DNA of 64,000 nt from an uncultured archaeon (GCA_964610875.1 CAZSWP010000012.1:23056-87055); one strand, 5' to 3'; positions 48,996 to 59,691 are shown, counted from the stretch's first letter. Translations and numbers: made by a program. Notes: generated by a model not told the origin, from the sequence alone.

Positions 48996-50087
48996 TCATC
49001 GACTGAGTGCATTATATGGACATACTGAGATACACATACCGCATTGCGCACAGAGTGATTCATCAATCTCGAAGATGTCCTTCTTCTTATCTACGGTGAT
49101 TGCATGATAGACACAGGACTTCTCGCAGAGTGCACATCTTGTACATTTTTCAAGGTCTACTGTGGGGGGATACTCAAGTTCTTTTGATTTTCCAATATGC
49201 TCCAGCGCCATGCCTCTTATTTCATCAAGAGCGTCATAATCATGCGATTCTAACCAAGATGCAATCTCCTGAGCAATTCTTCCATAGACTGTCTGACCTT
49301 CCATAATCGCTGCCGTACAGACCTCTACAGCAGAAGCTCCCGCCATGAAATACTCAATTGCATCTTCTCCTGATGTAACACCTCCCACTGCAACAACCGG
49401 CAGGTCTACAGAGCTTGCAATGTCCGCAATACACCGCATTGCAATCGGTTTTAGTGCAGGGCCACTCAACCATCCTTGTCCAGTTTCTCCACCCAGCAGA
49501 GGCATCCCTGTTTCGATATCAATTTTCAAGCATGGTCCATATGTATTGATTCCCACGATTCCATCAACATGTGGTTCCAGAGATTTAGCGACCTTTGCCA
49601 CATCTACCTTAGGACTGATCTTGGCAAAGATTGGGATGTCCACCGCATCTCTCAATGCTTTTGCTATCTCAACATGCCCTCCAACATAGTGCGTACTGAA
49701 TTCGATTGCATGCACACCGACCCCCTCCAGTTTGGGCGCAATCTCGGACACTTCTTCGGGCGTATATCCAATGCTAGCTATGAGAGGTAGACCTGCACTG
49801 AGAGCGATGGGGTATTCTCTCTCAAGCCATTGTTCAAGAGGCAGTTCAGTCCATAGTTCAGCGTTGAGCATACCCTGTCGCGAATTGACTCGCCCTCTGC
49901 CAATGGCTGCCATATTTGGATGGGGAATCTCTGCTGGCTTAGTGCTGACAGTCTTTGCCACAAGTCCACCTGCTCCTCCTGCAGCTGCACTTAGCAATGT
50001 ATCCCCATCTCGAGCTGCTGGACCAGCTGCAGTAAGCACCGGGTTCTTAAGATGAATTCCTGCAAAATCGACGCTGATATCGACCAT
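48996..50087 (-). CDS. Dihydropyrimidine/dihydroorotate dehydrogenase-like FMN protein with C-terminal 2x[4Fe-4S] (PreA-like)
   Basis: LKNP..AAGP, KT, INT, GWLSGPALKP, GGV, MAGA, CTRCALC, CAQCGMC. Confidence 0.82.
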   Translation of the reverse strand: MVDISVDFAGIHLKNPVLTAAGPAARDGDTLLSAAAGGAGGLVAKTVSTKPAEIPHPNMAAIGRGRVNSRQGMLNAELWTELPLEQWLEREYPIALSAGLPLIASIGYTPEEVSEIAPKLEGVGVHAIEFSTHYVGGHVEIAKALRDAVDIPIFAKISPKVDVAKVAKSLEPHVDGIVGINTYGPCLKIDIETGMPLLGGETGQGWLSGPALKPIAMRCIADIASSVDLPVVAVGGVTSGEDAIEYFMAGASAVEVCTAAIMEGQTVYGRIAQEIASWLESHDYDALDEIRGMALEHIGKSKELEYPPTVDLEKCTRCALCEKSCVYHAITVDKKKDIFEIDESLCAQCGMCISVCPYNALSR

Positions 50088-50181
50088 AGTTGAACTATAT
50101 ATCGACAACATATGAATCAGTCGACAAAACTTCAAAAGGGAAGAGAGTTTTTATGCTTCCTGTCACATATATAGACAAGGA

Positions 50182-50556
50182 GTGGGTGGCTCTATGACGC
50201 TTACTACAAAGAGAGTTATTACCATCGGCGATGTGTTGAAAACGCTTGAAGGGGTTGAGATTGATTTTACTTCGTTGGAATATCTTACAAATATGCTGGA
50301 GAAAGAGTGGTATCTTCTTGAGGAGAGATTTGGTGGAGCTCACTCGATATCGTCAGAACTTCATGGATTTTTAGATTATATCAAACGTTCAGTCATTCCA
50401 CAAGTAGCTATGTATGATAACACAAAAACCTCTGATGAACTGAGGAAGTTCATAGACTCATATGTGGAGAACAAGATATCCCTTGAAACGCGGGATCATA
50501 TCTTATTACATGCATCTCCATTTACAATCAGGACCGAATTGAAGCAACTTGCATAG
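50182..50556 (+). CDS. Hypothetical protein
   Basis: 124-aa ORF filling the gap; no motif recognised. Confidence 0.55.
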   Translation: MGGSMTLTTKRVITIGDVLKTLEGVEIDFTSLEYLTNMLEKEWYLLEERFGGAHSISSELHGFLDYIKRSVIPQVAMYDNTKTSDELRKFIDSYVENKISLETRDHILLHASPFTIRTELKQLA

Positions 50557-50564
50557 CAGTTCGA

Positions 50565-52496
50565 TCAAGATGCGAGCATTCCTCTTTTGGAGAGGTCTTC
50601 TACAACATCCTCCAAATCCACATCCAAGAGGGCATCTCGTTTAGGATAGCCTGTTTCCTTATCGCATCCTCTATACTCGTAGTACTCATCTAACATGATG
50701 TCCAGATCTGGTAGTCCTCCCTTTGAAGGTCCAGTTGGCATGGGGTCTTTCAATAGACGCTTTGGTAGAGTCTCATCCTTTCTGGTGATGCCTAATCGGT
50801 GATTATATGCTCTGCGTAGATGATTGATTCGCTCTGCAACTTTTCTTACGAATTTGGGGTCGTTCCACTCAGTCATTCCGGTGAGAGGACCGATGACATT
50901 ACTGAATGTGTCCATGTAATATACCGGAGGCCACATCACTCCATATTTGCAAATGACAGCTGAATCTGTCAGTGCATAGAGGTCTTCCATGTCTTTCACT
51001 AGTTCGCCTTTATGAGCTGGATTCAGGATCTCTAGAATTTCTTTGGCCTTGTCCTCGCCAAATCGTGATGCAGCAATCTCAGGGTACCCCAACTCTTCAA
51101 GACTTGATAGGCTCCTGAGATGGTCTGCTCCCCTGACATTTGTTGCATAGGTCAGTCCGATTGATTGGTGTGCTCGTGGGTCCTGTCCTGATGCCTCAAG
51201 ACCCTTCACGTGGACTGCATATTGCCATGCATCTCCACCAATGACCTCTGCAGCTTTGCGAGTGCCTTGTGCAAGAAGCTTCCCAAAACCTTCTTTCTTT
51301 GCTATCATGTCTACAAGCTGGACCATTGAATCTACGTTGCCCCAGCTGAGGTCTATGCCCCCCGTGTCCTCTGCTGTGATTATTCCCTGCTCCCAGAGGT
51401 CCATAGCGAAACTGATTGTCTTCCCACAAGAGATGGTGTCCATTCCGAGAAGGTCACAGCGTTTACCGAGATGAAAGACTGCTTCAATATCATTATTCAT
51501 GCAGTTACTACCAAAGGCCATTATGGTCTCATATTCTGGACCGCCTATTGGACCTGTAATGAAATCTCCTTCTGAAACGCGAATGATATACTTGCATCCT
51601 ATCTCACATCCATGACATGCTTCTTGTGCGATGCGGTACTTGTTAGCAATTATCTCTGGACCTATATCATCGGCATCTTCAAAATATCCAGTCCAATGAT
51701 TCTTGGTAGGTAACCTCCCTATCTCGTTAATCATAGAAACTAGGTCAGTTGTCCCATATCTACGCAATGAGGCAAGAGAGTCCGTCCACAATGGGTCTCT
51801 CAACTTCTCCATCTCTTCGGCATTTGCTGCAAGATATCCGTCCATATCATGAGCTTCTAATCCGAGTGAACCACTGGCTGCTATGGCTTTCACATTCTTT
51901 GCACCCATAATTGTACCCAGTCCAGCTCGACCTGCAGCACGGTAGAAGTCAACAATAAGGGAACTATAGAGGACGAGATTTTCTCCTGCTGGTCCAATCA
52001 CTGCTGTCTTGATTGCGGGGTCTTTATGCTGTTCTCTGATCATCTTCGTAGTATCATCAGTCTCTCTTCCCCACAAGTGTGATGCATCCAAGAGCTCTGC
52101 TTCTCCATCTCTTAGGAAGAGATATACTGGCTTAGGTGATCGACCATTTAGGATTATGAAATCAAAACCCGAGTACTTAATCTCCGGGCCAAGAAAACCA
52201 CCAACGTGACTCTCTGCCCACACACCGGTCAGTGGTCCCTTTCCAGCAAACATCATTCTCCCAGAGGGTGAGAACATGACACCGGTCAGAGGACCGGTAC
52301 CTACAACCAACACATTGTCTGGTGATAGTGGGTCGGTGTCAGGACCTGTTCGGTCCCAAAGAATTCTCGAAGCAACGCCTGTACCACCTAGATAGAGGCG
52401 TGCCCACTCCTTCTCCATCTCTTTCTTGTGGACCTTGCCTCTTGTTAGGTCGATATCTAGATAGTTTCCTGCATATCCTTTGTATAGGAACGTCAT
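50565..52496 (-). CDS. aor: Aldehyde:ferredoxin oxidoreductase family protein (second paralog)
   Basis: IGPAGENLV, GRAGLG..MGAK, CHGCEIGC, GPEYET, GMDTIS, RGADHL. Confidence 0.92.
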   Translation of the reverse strand: MTFLYKGYAGNYLDIDLTRGKVHKKEMEKEWARLYLGGTGVASRILWDRTGPDTDPLSPDNVLVVGTGPLTGVMFSPSGRMMFAGKGPLTGVWAESHVGGFLGPEIKYSGFDFIILNGRSPKPVYLFLRDGEAELLDASHLWGRETDDTTKMIREQHKDPAIKTAVIGPAGENLVLYSSLIVDFYRAAGRAGLGTIMGAKNVKAIAASGSLGLEAHDMDGYLAANAEEMEKLRDPLWTDSLASLRRYGTTDLVSMINEIGRLPTKNHWTGYFEDADDIGPEIIANKYRIAQEACHGCEIGCKYIIRVSEGDFITGPIGGPEYETIMAFGSNCMNNDIEAVFHLGKRCDLLGMDTISCGKTISFAMDLWEQGIITAEDTGGIDLSWGNVDSMVQLVDMIAKKEGFGKLLAQGTRKAAEVIGGDAWQYAVHVKGLEASGQDPRAHQSIGLTYATNVRGADHLRSLSSLEELGYPEIAASRFGEDKAKEILEILNPAHKGELVKDMEDLYALTDSAVICKYGVMWPPVYYMDTFSNVIGPLTGMTEWNDPKFVRKVAERINHLRRAYNHRLGITRKDETLPKRLLKDPMPTGPSKGGLPDLDIMLDEYYEYRGCDKETGYPKRDALLDVDLEDVVEDLSKRGMLAS

Positions 52497-52498
52497 TA

Positions 52499-52981
52499 TT
52501 ATGCATCCTCCTGAATAAGTCCAATCTTTTGAGTGGCGAGAAGTGTAGCTTCGCGTCGCTCTTTTGCCCCTCTCTTTTGTTCTATCACACTTATTGCACC
52601 ATACTCACATGCAGCGACACATGCTGGGTCTCCATCACAGAGGTCACACTTGACGGCTTTCTGGGTGTAGGGATCCAGTGTGATTCCGCCATAGATACAA
52701 GCTGTGGCACAATTCAAACAGCCAACACAGACGTCTTCTTTGACGGTCAGTACTTCTGTACTGTTCTCTACTATCGCACCGTTCGGACAGGCATCTTGAC
52801 AGAGTGGTTCCTCACACTGAAGACAGACCATCGGGAGCAAGAGGTTCTTAACCTCATCTTTGAGTACCTGTATTCTTGACCTGCTAGGATTGAATGACCG
52901 TGTATTCCTAACAGAACATGCTAACTCACAGTTCCGACATCCTGTGCATTTCTTCAAGTCAACTACAAGTACCTGTTTCAT
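52499..52981 (-). CDS. 4Fe-4S dicluster (AOR partner) protein
   Basis: CTGCRNCELAC, CLQC..P.C..ACP, CVGC..C..AC, KCDLC. Confidence 0.9.
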   Translation of the reverse strand: MKQVLVVDLKKCTGCRNCELACSVRNTRSFNPSRSRIQVLKDEVKNLLLPMVCLQCEEPLCQDACPNGAIVENSTEVLTVKEDVCVGCLNCATACIYGGITLDPYTQKAVKCDLCDGDPACVAACEYGAISVIEQKRGAKERREATLLATQKIGLIQEDA

Positions 52982-53172
52982 CGGTTTTCACTCCAAATCA
53001 GATATGTTGGCCTTTAAGTGACTACCTTTACGACTCTTTAATTTGTTGCAGTAGCAGCTGGGAGGTATCAACCACACAAAGATATTAGTGCTTAAATCTC
53101 ACAGCAGAAGATGCTCTAGAGGGTGAGTTACGAATTGTAGGTGGAATAAAGTAACTAGTTGGTTCACAACAA

Positions 53173-54966
53173 ATGGCCGGAATAACAAGCAACAAACTGG
53201 CAGAAGTACGGAAGGACTTCAGAAATGCCGCTGACACCATGATAATCCCGGTTGTAGAACTTGATTTGGATCACAATTTGGCCTATGCAAACAACAGTGC
53301 TCAACAGATGCTTGGCATTGGTCCTGAACATTTGACATCCGGTTTGAATGTTTCAGATATCATCGCTCCTGAACAAATTGGGCTTGCTAAGGAAGGGCTC
53401 ACTCGGTTGAGAGAAAGAGTTGACTCCACTCCCCTCACATTGAAAGTAAAGACTCTAGGTGGCACTGAAATTTTTGTTGATACTATTGCTGATGCAATAA
53501 TAGTGAACAAAAAAGTAGAAGGTTTTGTGGTCTATGTCTTCGACCTCACAAGGCGCATGGCTCTTGAGGAGAAAATACGACAACGTGAAGGGATATTCGA
53601 ATACATTGTCGAACAGTCCAGTTTTGCAGGACTGTTTGTAGTGGGTGGGAACTATCGATTCGAATATGTAAATGACAAAATGGCAGATATTCTTGGGCGC
53701 ACTCGCAGTGAAATACTTGGCCATGACTTTCGAGAGTTCCTACATCCAGATAGTGTGGAACTAGTGGCAGACAGATATCGTCGGCGGCAGAGAGGAGAGT
53801 CCGTGCCAAGTATCTATGAGTTCGAAATCATTCGTGGTGATGGCGCTGTACGTAAGGTAAGACTGAGCAGTACCGTGACAAAGACGGGTGAAGGGACAGC
53901 AAAGACCATTGCCCAGATGGTAGATATCACTGAAGAGATGGAACGGCAGCAAGCTCTGAAGGAGAGTGAGCAGAGATATCGTACTCTTGTTGAAACCATG
54001 GACTCTGGTTTTTGTGTTGATAATGAAGATGGAATCGCAATAATGGTAAACCAATCACTAGTAGATATGCTCGGGTTTGATTCAGTTGATGACCTGACTG
54101 GTGAATCTGTTACTCTCTGGACATTGGATATGAGTGAAGAGGACCTCAGAAAGAAGGTTGATCTTAGAAAGCAGGGTGTAGCAGAACATTATGAGGTGAA
54201 ACTTATCCATAAGACCGGAAGAATTATCCCCGCTATAGTTCACGCTTCGCCTGTTTTTGATATTGAAGGCACCTATATTGGAAGTCTAGCAATCTTCACT
54301 GATATCTCTGAATTGAAAGCAGCAGAAGCAGAAGCACGCTTTCTCTTGGATTTGCTTCTACACGACATTGGCAATCAGATGCAGCTCATCATGGCAGGAG
54401 CTGATATGTTAGAAAGAGGTTCGACTCCTGAACAAGTTATGAGGGCAAGACAGTATGTACTTGATGGAGCAAAACGGTGTCTTGCACTGATTAACAATAT
54501 CCGACACACAGAGGAAGCTAAGAGTGAACCTGTCAGACCAGTTGACCTCACAAAAGCATTGAGAGCTGAGATTCAGGTCTTCTCAGGACAATATATGATG
54601 AAGCCGGAAGTGTCTGGACTCTCTGAGTCCATTCGAGTCTATGCAGACAGTGCACTTGGACATCTCTTCTGGAACTTGATGGAAAATAGCATAAAACACA
54701 ACAAGAAGGATGAGAAAAAACTCTGGATAACCGGAGATCGTGATAATGGACGTTTCATCGTGCATTTTGAAGACAATGGACCAGGTCTTGTCGATCGTAA
54801 GAAGGATGCACTTTTCGATCCAAAAGCCCGTGCAAGCGGTGTAGGTCTACATCTCGTCAGACGTATTATCACAAAGTATGGTGGACAGTTATTTGTAGAA
54901 GACCGCGTACCAGGCAAACCTGATGAAGGCCTCAGGATGAGTATTCAGTTTCAAATAGCGACATAG
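53173..54966 (+). CDS. Cytoplasmic 3xPAS sensor histidine kinase
   Basis: Three PAS/PAC repeats, HDIGN H-box, NLMENS.KH, EDNGPG, GVGL. Confidence 0.9.
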   Translation: MAGITSNKLAEVRKDFRNAADTMIIPVVELDLDHNLAYANNSAQQMLGIGPEHLTSGLNVSDIIAPEQIGLAKEGLTRLRERVDSTPLTLKVKTLGGTEIFVDTIADAIIVNKKVEGFVVYVFDLTRRMALEEKIRQREGIFEYIVEQSSFAGLFVVGGNYRFEYVNDKMADILGRTRSEILGHDFREFLHPDSVELVADRYRRRQRGESVPSIYEFEIIRGDGAVRKVRLSSTVTKTGEGTAKTIAQMVDITEEMERQQALKESEQRYRTLVETMDSGFCVDNEDGIAIMVNQSLVDMLGFDSVDDLTGESVTLWTLDMSEEDLRKKVDLRKQGVAEHYEVKLIHKTGRIIPAIVHASPVFDIEGTYIGSLAIFTDISELKAAEAEARFLLDLLLHDIGNQMQLIMAGADMLERGSTPEQVMRARQYVLDGAKRCLALINNIRHTEEAKSEPVRPVDLTKALRAEIQVFSGQYMMKPEVSGLSESIRVYADSALGHLFWNLMENSIKHNKKDEKKLWITGDRDNGRFIVHFEDNGPGLVDRKKDALFDPKARASGVGLHLVRRIITKYGGQLFVEDRVPGKPDEGLRMSIQFQIAT

Positions 54967-55036
54967 TTCTTCTACACCAAAAGCGTTATGTCAAGAGGGA
55001 CTATTTGATTTCTGACTCGTTTCAGAAGGCAGGTCT

Positions 55037-56431
55037 ATGAAACCTAATTCAATACTGATTGAGAATGGCTATATCCTGACACTGAATCCAAAGAGGGAGA
55101 TCATTAAGAATGGCTCTGTCCTGATTAAGGATGGTATCATCACGCAAATCGGCAAGACATCTGATATCAAAGCAAGAGATGCTGCAATCACCATTAATGC
55201 AAAGGGTAATGTCGTCATGCCGGGTCTTGTTGACACTCACGTGCATCTTGCTCAGGCACTCATTCGTGGGTGTGCTGATGATGTATCTCTTGTGGATTGG
55301 TTGAAAAACTATGTGTGGGTTCTTCAGGGAAATTACACAGCTGATGATGGTCGGTTATCTGCAGAACTCTGCATGGCTGAAATGATCCGCACCGGCACAA
55401 CTTCCTTCATAGAATGCATGATTCACACAAGGTATGGATTTAATGGAATTGCTGAAGCAGTAGAAAAAGCAGGAATGAGGGCTGCTCTATCAAAGATAAT
55501 AATGGACTCTACTGGATATGCTGACAACCCTGATATCATGTATCCTGGGATGGTGGAGGATGCTGAAGCCAGTCTCAAAGAGACCGGTGCCATGATGAAG
55601 AAGTGGCACCTACAGGACGAGGGGAGAATACAGGTCTGGTATGGGATACGGTCACTTGGAGCGGTCACTGATGATTTATTTAGAGAGGTTGTTCAACTTG
55701 CACGAGAGAAGCAGACTCATATGACCATGCATCTCGGTGAGGTTGAGGATGATGTCCGCTATGTGAAGGAGAAGGGATATGATACACTTACTGCGTTCGC
55801 AAAAGACATGGGGCTTCTCGGTCCCGACATGGTCTTTGCACATGGTATTCATTTTGAAGACCAAGAGATTGATGTCCTCGCTGCCACGCAGAGCAATATT
55901 TCACACTGTCCCTCAAGTAACACAAAGCTAGCATCCGGGTTTGCTAAAGTCCCATTGATGTTGGAGAAGGGTGTTCCTGTATCTTTGGGCTGTGATGGCG
56001 GTCCAAGCAATAATACGTATGACCTGATGAGAGAGATGCGCCTTGCCGCCTTAGTCCATAAGGCTGTTGTGAGAAATCCACTTATTGTACCTGCAGAGAA
56101 AGCCATAGAAATGGCTACTATCAATGGAGCAAAAGCTATGGGTCTTAAAGAACAAATAGGCTCTCTTGAGAAAGGCAAGCTAGGTGATGTGATTATTGTG
56201 GATATGGATCAGACCGGTCTAGTACCTGTAACAAATCCAGTTTCAAATCTTGTATATGCAGGGAATGGACTATATGTTGACACAGTCATTGTAAATGGCA
56301 GGTTGTTGATGCATGAGAAAAAACTTCTAACATTGGATGAGGCTCGAATTAAAAAAGCAGCAAATGAGCGAATCTGGGATTTGCTGGAGCGCTCAGAAAT
56401 TGATATTGAACCAAAATGGCCTTTGAAGTGA
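55037..56431 (+). CDS. Amidohydrolase (MTA/SAH deaminase, AtzA/TrzA or guanine deaminase family)
   Basis: PGLVDTHVH, HLGE, AHG, HCP.SN.KL, LGCDG, GSLE.GK..D. Confidence 0.88.
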   Translation: MKPNSILIENGYILTLNPKREIIKNGSVLIKDGIITQIGKTSDIKARDAAITINAKGNVVMPGLVDTHVHLAQALIRGCADDVSLVDWLKNYVWVLQGNYTADDGRLSAELCMAEMIRTGTTSFIECMIHTRYGFNGIAEAVEKAGMRAALSKIIMDSTGYADNPDIMYPGMVEDAEASLKETGAMMKKWHLQDEGRIQVWYGIRSLGAVTDDLFREVVQLAREKQTHMTMHLGEVEDDVRYVKEKGYDTLTAFAKDMGLLGPDMVFAHGIHFEDQEIDVLAATQSNISHCPSSNTKLASGFAKVPLMLEKGVPVSLGCDGGPSNNTYDLMREMRLAALVHKAVVRNPLIVPAEKAIEMATINGAKAMGLKEQIGSLEKGKLGDVIIVDMDQTGLVPVTNPVSNLVYAGNGLYVDTVIVNGRLLMHEKKLLTLDEARIKKAANERIWDLLERSEIDIEPKWPLK

Positions 56432-56434
56432 GCT

Positions 56435-58072
56435 CTATAGATCATCTATTTCTTCATTCACTGAAGCAAACCAGGTTCGTATTGCCTCTTCTGGACATCC
56501 CCAGCACTGATCTTCTACACTCCAGAGCTGAAAATTGAATTTTTGTCCATAAACAATCGGTGTGCCAAGTAAGCCTCCTATTATCCCATGGCCAAGAGAT
56601 CTAACAGCTTTGGTAAACCCATATGCGCCTCCTTTTGGAAGATTTGCTCGTATCTGAGTTGGACCTTCCTTGGAAAAGATTACCCGGGAATGTGGAAGAC
56701 GTTGGACCCATGCTGCAAGACTCCTACCTTTCATTGTATCATCGGTCTGTATAAGCACCGACTCGTTAAGTCCAATATATCTTAACTCCCAGAATATTGC
56801 AATAAGTCCTCTTCTCCTCAGTTTTTGTAATTTTTCAATTACTTTGTTTTGTCCTATACCTAGATGTTTCCGAATTTCTCTAACTGTTGTTATCCTGCTT
56901 CGAACCATGGATATGATTTCAATATCGTGCGAGTCCAACTCAATTTCTATTGGCTGAATAGGTTTCATTTTCAAAGGTATCACATCTGCTAATTCCTCGT
57001 TATGGATCCGCACAAGCTCGAGTTCAAGAATATTCCAAGGAATTTCCCATTTTCCTATATCTGTTGAATAGAAGTCAAACGAACGAATATTTCCTGCAGA
57101 TTCAGTTTCTAGATTGTGAACCTCTACTCCTATTTTCTTCAGTGTACGATAGAACTCCTCGATGGCTTTGTTATTCATCTTGTTCTCAGGAACCGCAAGA
57201 AGCACGAAAAGGTCCCAATCCTCAGTTAAGACTGGTGTTGTAGAGTAAACAAATGGAGATTGTGTGAGTAATGAATTGAGATTTAGATTACTATTGTCCG
57301 CTTTCAAAAGCACATTCCGGATGCCAATACCGATTTTTGAATATGGTACATGATCATATCTGATGAATACCAGATGGTCCATCAACGCTGAAAGCCTCTT
57401 TGACACCCATTGCGGGGTCATACCTATCTTACTAGCCAATTCAGTCACAGTTATGTCCGGTTGCTCATAGACCTCATCTACCATAGCGATCTCTGTCTGG
57501 GAGAATCTTCTTGAGAAAAGACGTTGTCGACGAACATAATACTCTCCATAGTCATGATCATCTAACCTGACGCTCCGTTTTGCCATTGAAAGCAGTTCCC
57601 TCAGGATTGTCTTTACGCCACTATCTTCTGTAACGAAGTAGAGGTTCTTGTAGGAGAGTGCTGGGTAGATTGCAATATTCTTACCAAATTCAACTCGATG
57701 TTCGAGGTTATTCCATCTCTCAAACCACTTCGACCGCTCAGATTGGTTCAGGTAATGAAAGGAGAGACCTAGTGACAGGTGCTTGTGTGCCTTTGGACTG
57801 AGTCCTCTTCTTGCAAGTGCTGAATATATGCAGGTGGATATGGTGGCACCCTTCTTGTACGCATCTGAGTCTGAACAGGAAACATCAAGATGCAACATAT
57901 TCTGCTTCAGTTGTCCGCCAACTACTCGATGCCGCTTCGGAATTTTGGAATACACTATATCATCAATTTTGATTTCATGAATGAGTCCGACTGATTGGTC
58001 TAGATCCTCTAGCACATTCTTCCAAATGTGTCTAAGTTCTGTGACTTCTGAACTGCTTATTTGATTGGGCAC
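56435..58072 (-). CDS. Large tandem winged-helix / Lrp-AsnC-like protein
   Basis: Two HTH segments (TVTELASKIGMTPQWVSKRL; TVREIRKHLGIGQNKV), each followed by a RAM-like region; FDFY....W linker; extra N-terminal domain. Confidence 0.65.
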   Translation of the reverse strand: MPNQISSSEVTELRHIWKNVLEDLDQSVGLIHEIKIDDIVYSKIPKRHRVVGGQLKQNMLHLDVSCSDSDAYKKGATISTCIYSALARRGLSPKAHKHLSLGLSFHYLNQSERSKWFERWNNLEHRVEFGKNIAIYPALSYKNLYFVTEDSGVKTILRELLSMAKRSVRLDDHDYGEYYVRRQRLFSRRFSQTEIAMVDEVYEQPDITVTELASKIGMTPQWVSKRLSALMDHLVFIRYDHVPYSKIGIGIRNVLLKADNSNLNLNSLLTQSPFVYSTTPVLTEDWDLFVLLAVPENKMNNKAIEEFYRTLKKIGVEVHNLETESAGNIRSFDFYSTDIGKWEIPWNILELELVRIHNEELADVIPLKMKPIQPIEIELDSHDIEIISMVRSRITTVREIRKHLGIGQNKVIEKLQKLRRRGLIAIFWELRYIGLNESVLIQTDDTMKGRSLAAWVQRLPHSRVIFSKEGPTQIRANLPKGGAYGFTKAVRSLGHGIIGGLLGTPIVYGQKFNFQLWSVEDQCWGCPEEAIRTWFASVNEEIDDL

Positions 58073-58229
58073 TCGACTTGCACCAATTACTGAACTGCAT
58101 AGTCCTAGAAAACTCTTGAGTCTGGCACTATGAGAAAGGTGAGGGTCCCCCCCTTTTCTACCATTTACAAATTCGTAACCTCGTTACAAATCTACAATCC
58201 CACGATACAATGCATCCCTAATGCAAAGA

Positions 58230-58283
58230 TTAGCAGTAAATGCCAGAAATAAAGAGGAGATCCTCAATCGTGGGATTCCTCAT
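58230..58283 (-). CDS. 17-aa peptide MRNPTIEDLLFISGIYC, not in ORF track
   Basis: GAGGGG RBS 4 nt before ATG; TATA-like TAATATATA at 58338-58330; TAA stop. Confidence 0.5.
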   Translation of the reverse strand: MRNPTIEDLLFISGIYC

Positions 58284-58329
58284 GCATCCCCTCAAACGCA
58301 TGAAGTTAATTCATGTTATGCATTCAGGG

Positions 58330-58338
58330 TATATATTA
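58330..58338 (-). promoter_or_regulatory. Putative TATA box for the peptide transcript
   Basis: TAATATATA on the minus strand about 47 nt upstream of the peptide ATG. Confidence 0.4.
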
Positions 58339-58473
58339 TGCAGGGTGATTCTAGAATGAGTCTAGACGCCGTTTCCTTCCCATATATGAGGGGCACTCTC
58401 CACGGTGTCTTCTAGCTACAGGAAATCTCGTATCAAGATTAAACTGGAATGCTCTCTGTAGGCAAATTCGTTA

Positions 58474-59691
58474 CTATGCAATTATCGCCTCGCGTTCGAA
58501 GAGTTTTGCTCCAATTATCAGAAACACTAGTGTGAATCCTAGAAGGTACAGAATGTTCCCCAATAGCCCGAAGAATGTTGCAGTTCCTGCAAGTATTGCG
58601 TTCAGTATTATCACTGCATGACTGAATGGGATTGCCAGAACAAAGAGTCCGAAGATCCCTCCATATTGAAGAATACTACCTGTGAAACCAAGAATGCCTA
58701 TGACGAAGGTTGGGACCAGCATTATGAGATTGTTTACGGACTCTGCAGTTGCTTGGTCTTTTGCTAGACAGGATATCACCACACCAATCCCGATTGCACA
58801 GAGTAGGATCAGAAATTGACTGAAGAAGATTGCTGGTAGAGTTTCCACGCGGACCGTATACAAATTGATGAAGTAATTGGCTGCAACCTCTGGGAATGGT
58901 GCAACTCTAACAATTATTGACCAGTTGTAGACTAGGATTCCTACAATCGTGAACACCGAGTAGATCATTGTGAGAAGTAATCCTGCTACCAACTTAGATC
59001 CCAGAATCTTCACTCTACTCATTGGTACTACAAGAAGTGCTTCCAGCGTGTGCTGTTCTCTCTCTCCTGCGAATGACTTACTGACATAGGGTGCCGGAGC
59101 CAGGACTGAGGTTAGCATCACGAGAAAGATTGCCAACTGATGACCATAACTTGCTTCTGGTGAGATTGTGTGCCAATTCACCTGTAAATCTCTGACTACA
59201 ATTATCTCATTGATAGTTTGCTTTGAGAAAAAGTCAATGCGTTGGGCTGCGGCAGTTGCCCTGAAGTTTCCTGTGTTAACCCAAATTGTCAATGTACTTT
59301 TGTTCGAGTTCTCAAGTTCCTGCGTGAAATTCTCAGGTATATATACCCACACTGACACCGTTTTGTTATCCACAAGACTCTGACCAAACTCCCGGGTCAC
59401 ATTGACTAACGGATCGATGAGTAACAGATCTGTGTTTGCTTCAATTGCATTGTACAGGGTCTCACCCCAAATGCCATTGTCTTCATTTGTAATATAGACC
59501 ATTTCTGGTTCTTCTGTTGTTTGAGCTACAATAAATGAGAGGAATGCCCCTTGAAACAACCAGGCGAACAAGGGACTGATCATGAAACCGAGAAGTAACC
59601 ATCTTGACCTGAGGACTGATTTGATCTCTTTTCGTAGCATCCAGACCATCTTTCTATCAACATATGGTAGTCTCATCTCATCACTCTCCAT
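58474..59691 (-). CDS. ABC-2 type exporter permease
   Basis: KEIKS..R, GEREQHTLEALL..P, GSKL, PFSHA; 6 TM helices plus an extracellular loop. Confidence 0.9.
   Translation of the reverse strand: MESDEMRLPYVDRKMVWMLRKEIKSVLRSRWLLLGFMISPLFAWLFQGAFLSFIVAQTTEEPEMVYITNEDNGIWGETLYNAIEANTDLLLIDPLVNVTREFGQSLVDNKTVSVWVYIPENFTQELENSNKSTLTIWVNTGNFRATAAAQRIDFFSKQTINEIIVVRDLQVNWHTISPEASYGHQLAIFLVMLTSVLAPAPYVSKSFAGEREQHTLEALLVVPMSRVKILGSKLVAGLLLTMIYSVFTIVGILVYNWSIIVRVAPFPEVAANYFINLYTVRVETLPAIFFSQFLILLCAIGIGVVISCLAKDQATAESVNNLIMLVPTFVIGILGFTGSILQYGGIFGLFVLAIPFSHAVIILNAILAGTATFFGLLGNILYLLGFTLVFLIIGAKLFEREAIIA

Noticed and set aside
58221-58415. 64-aa plus-strand ORF from the track
   Set aside because: No RBS or motif; the opposite-strand 17-aa ORF has better initiation signals.
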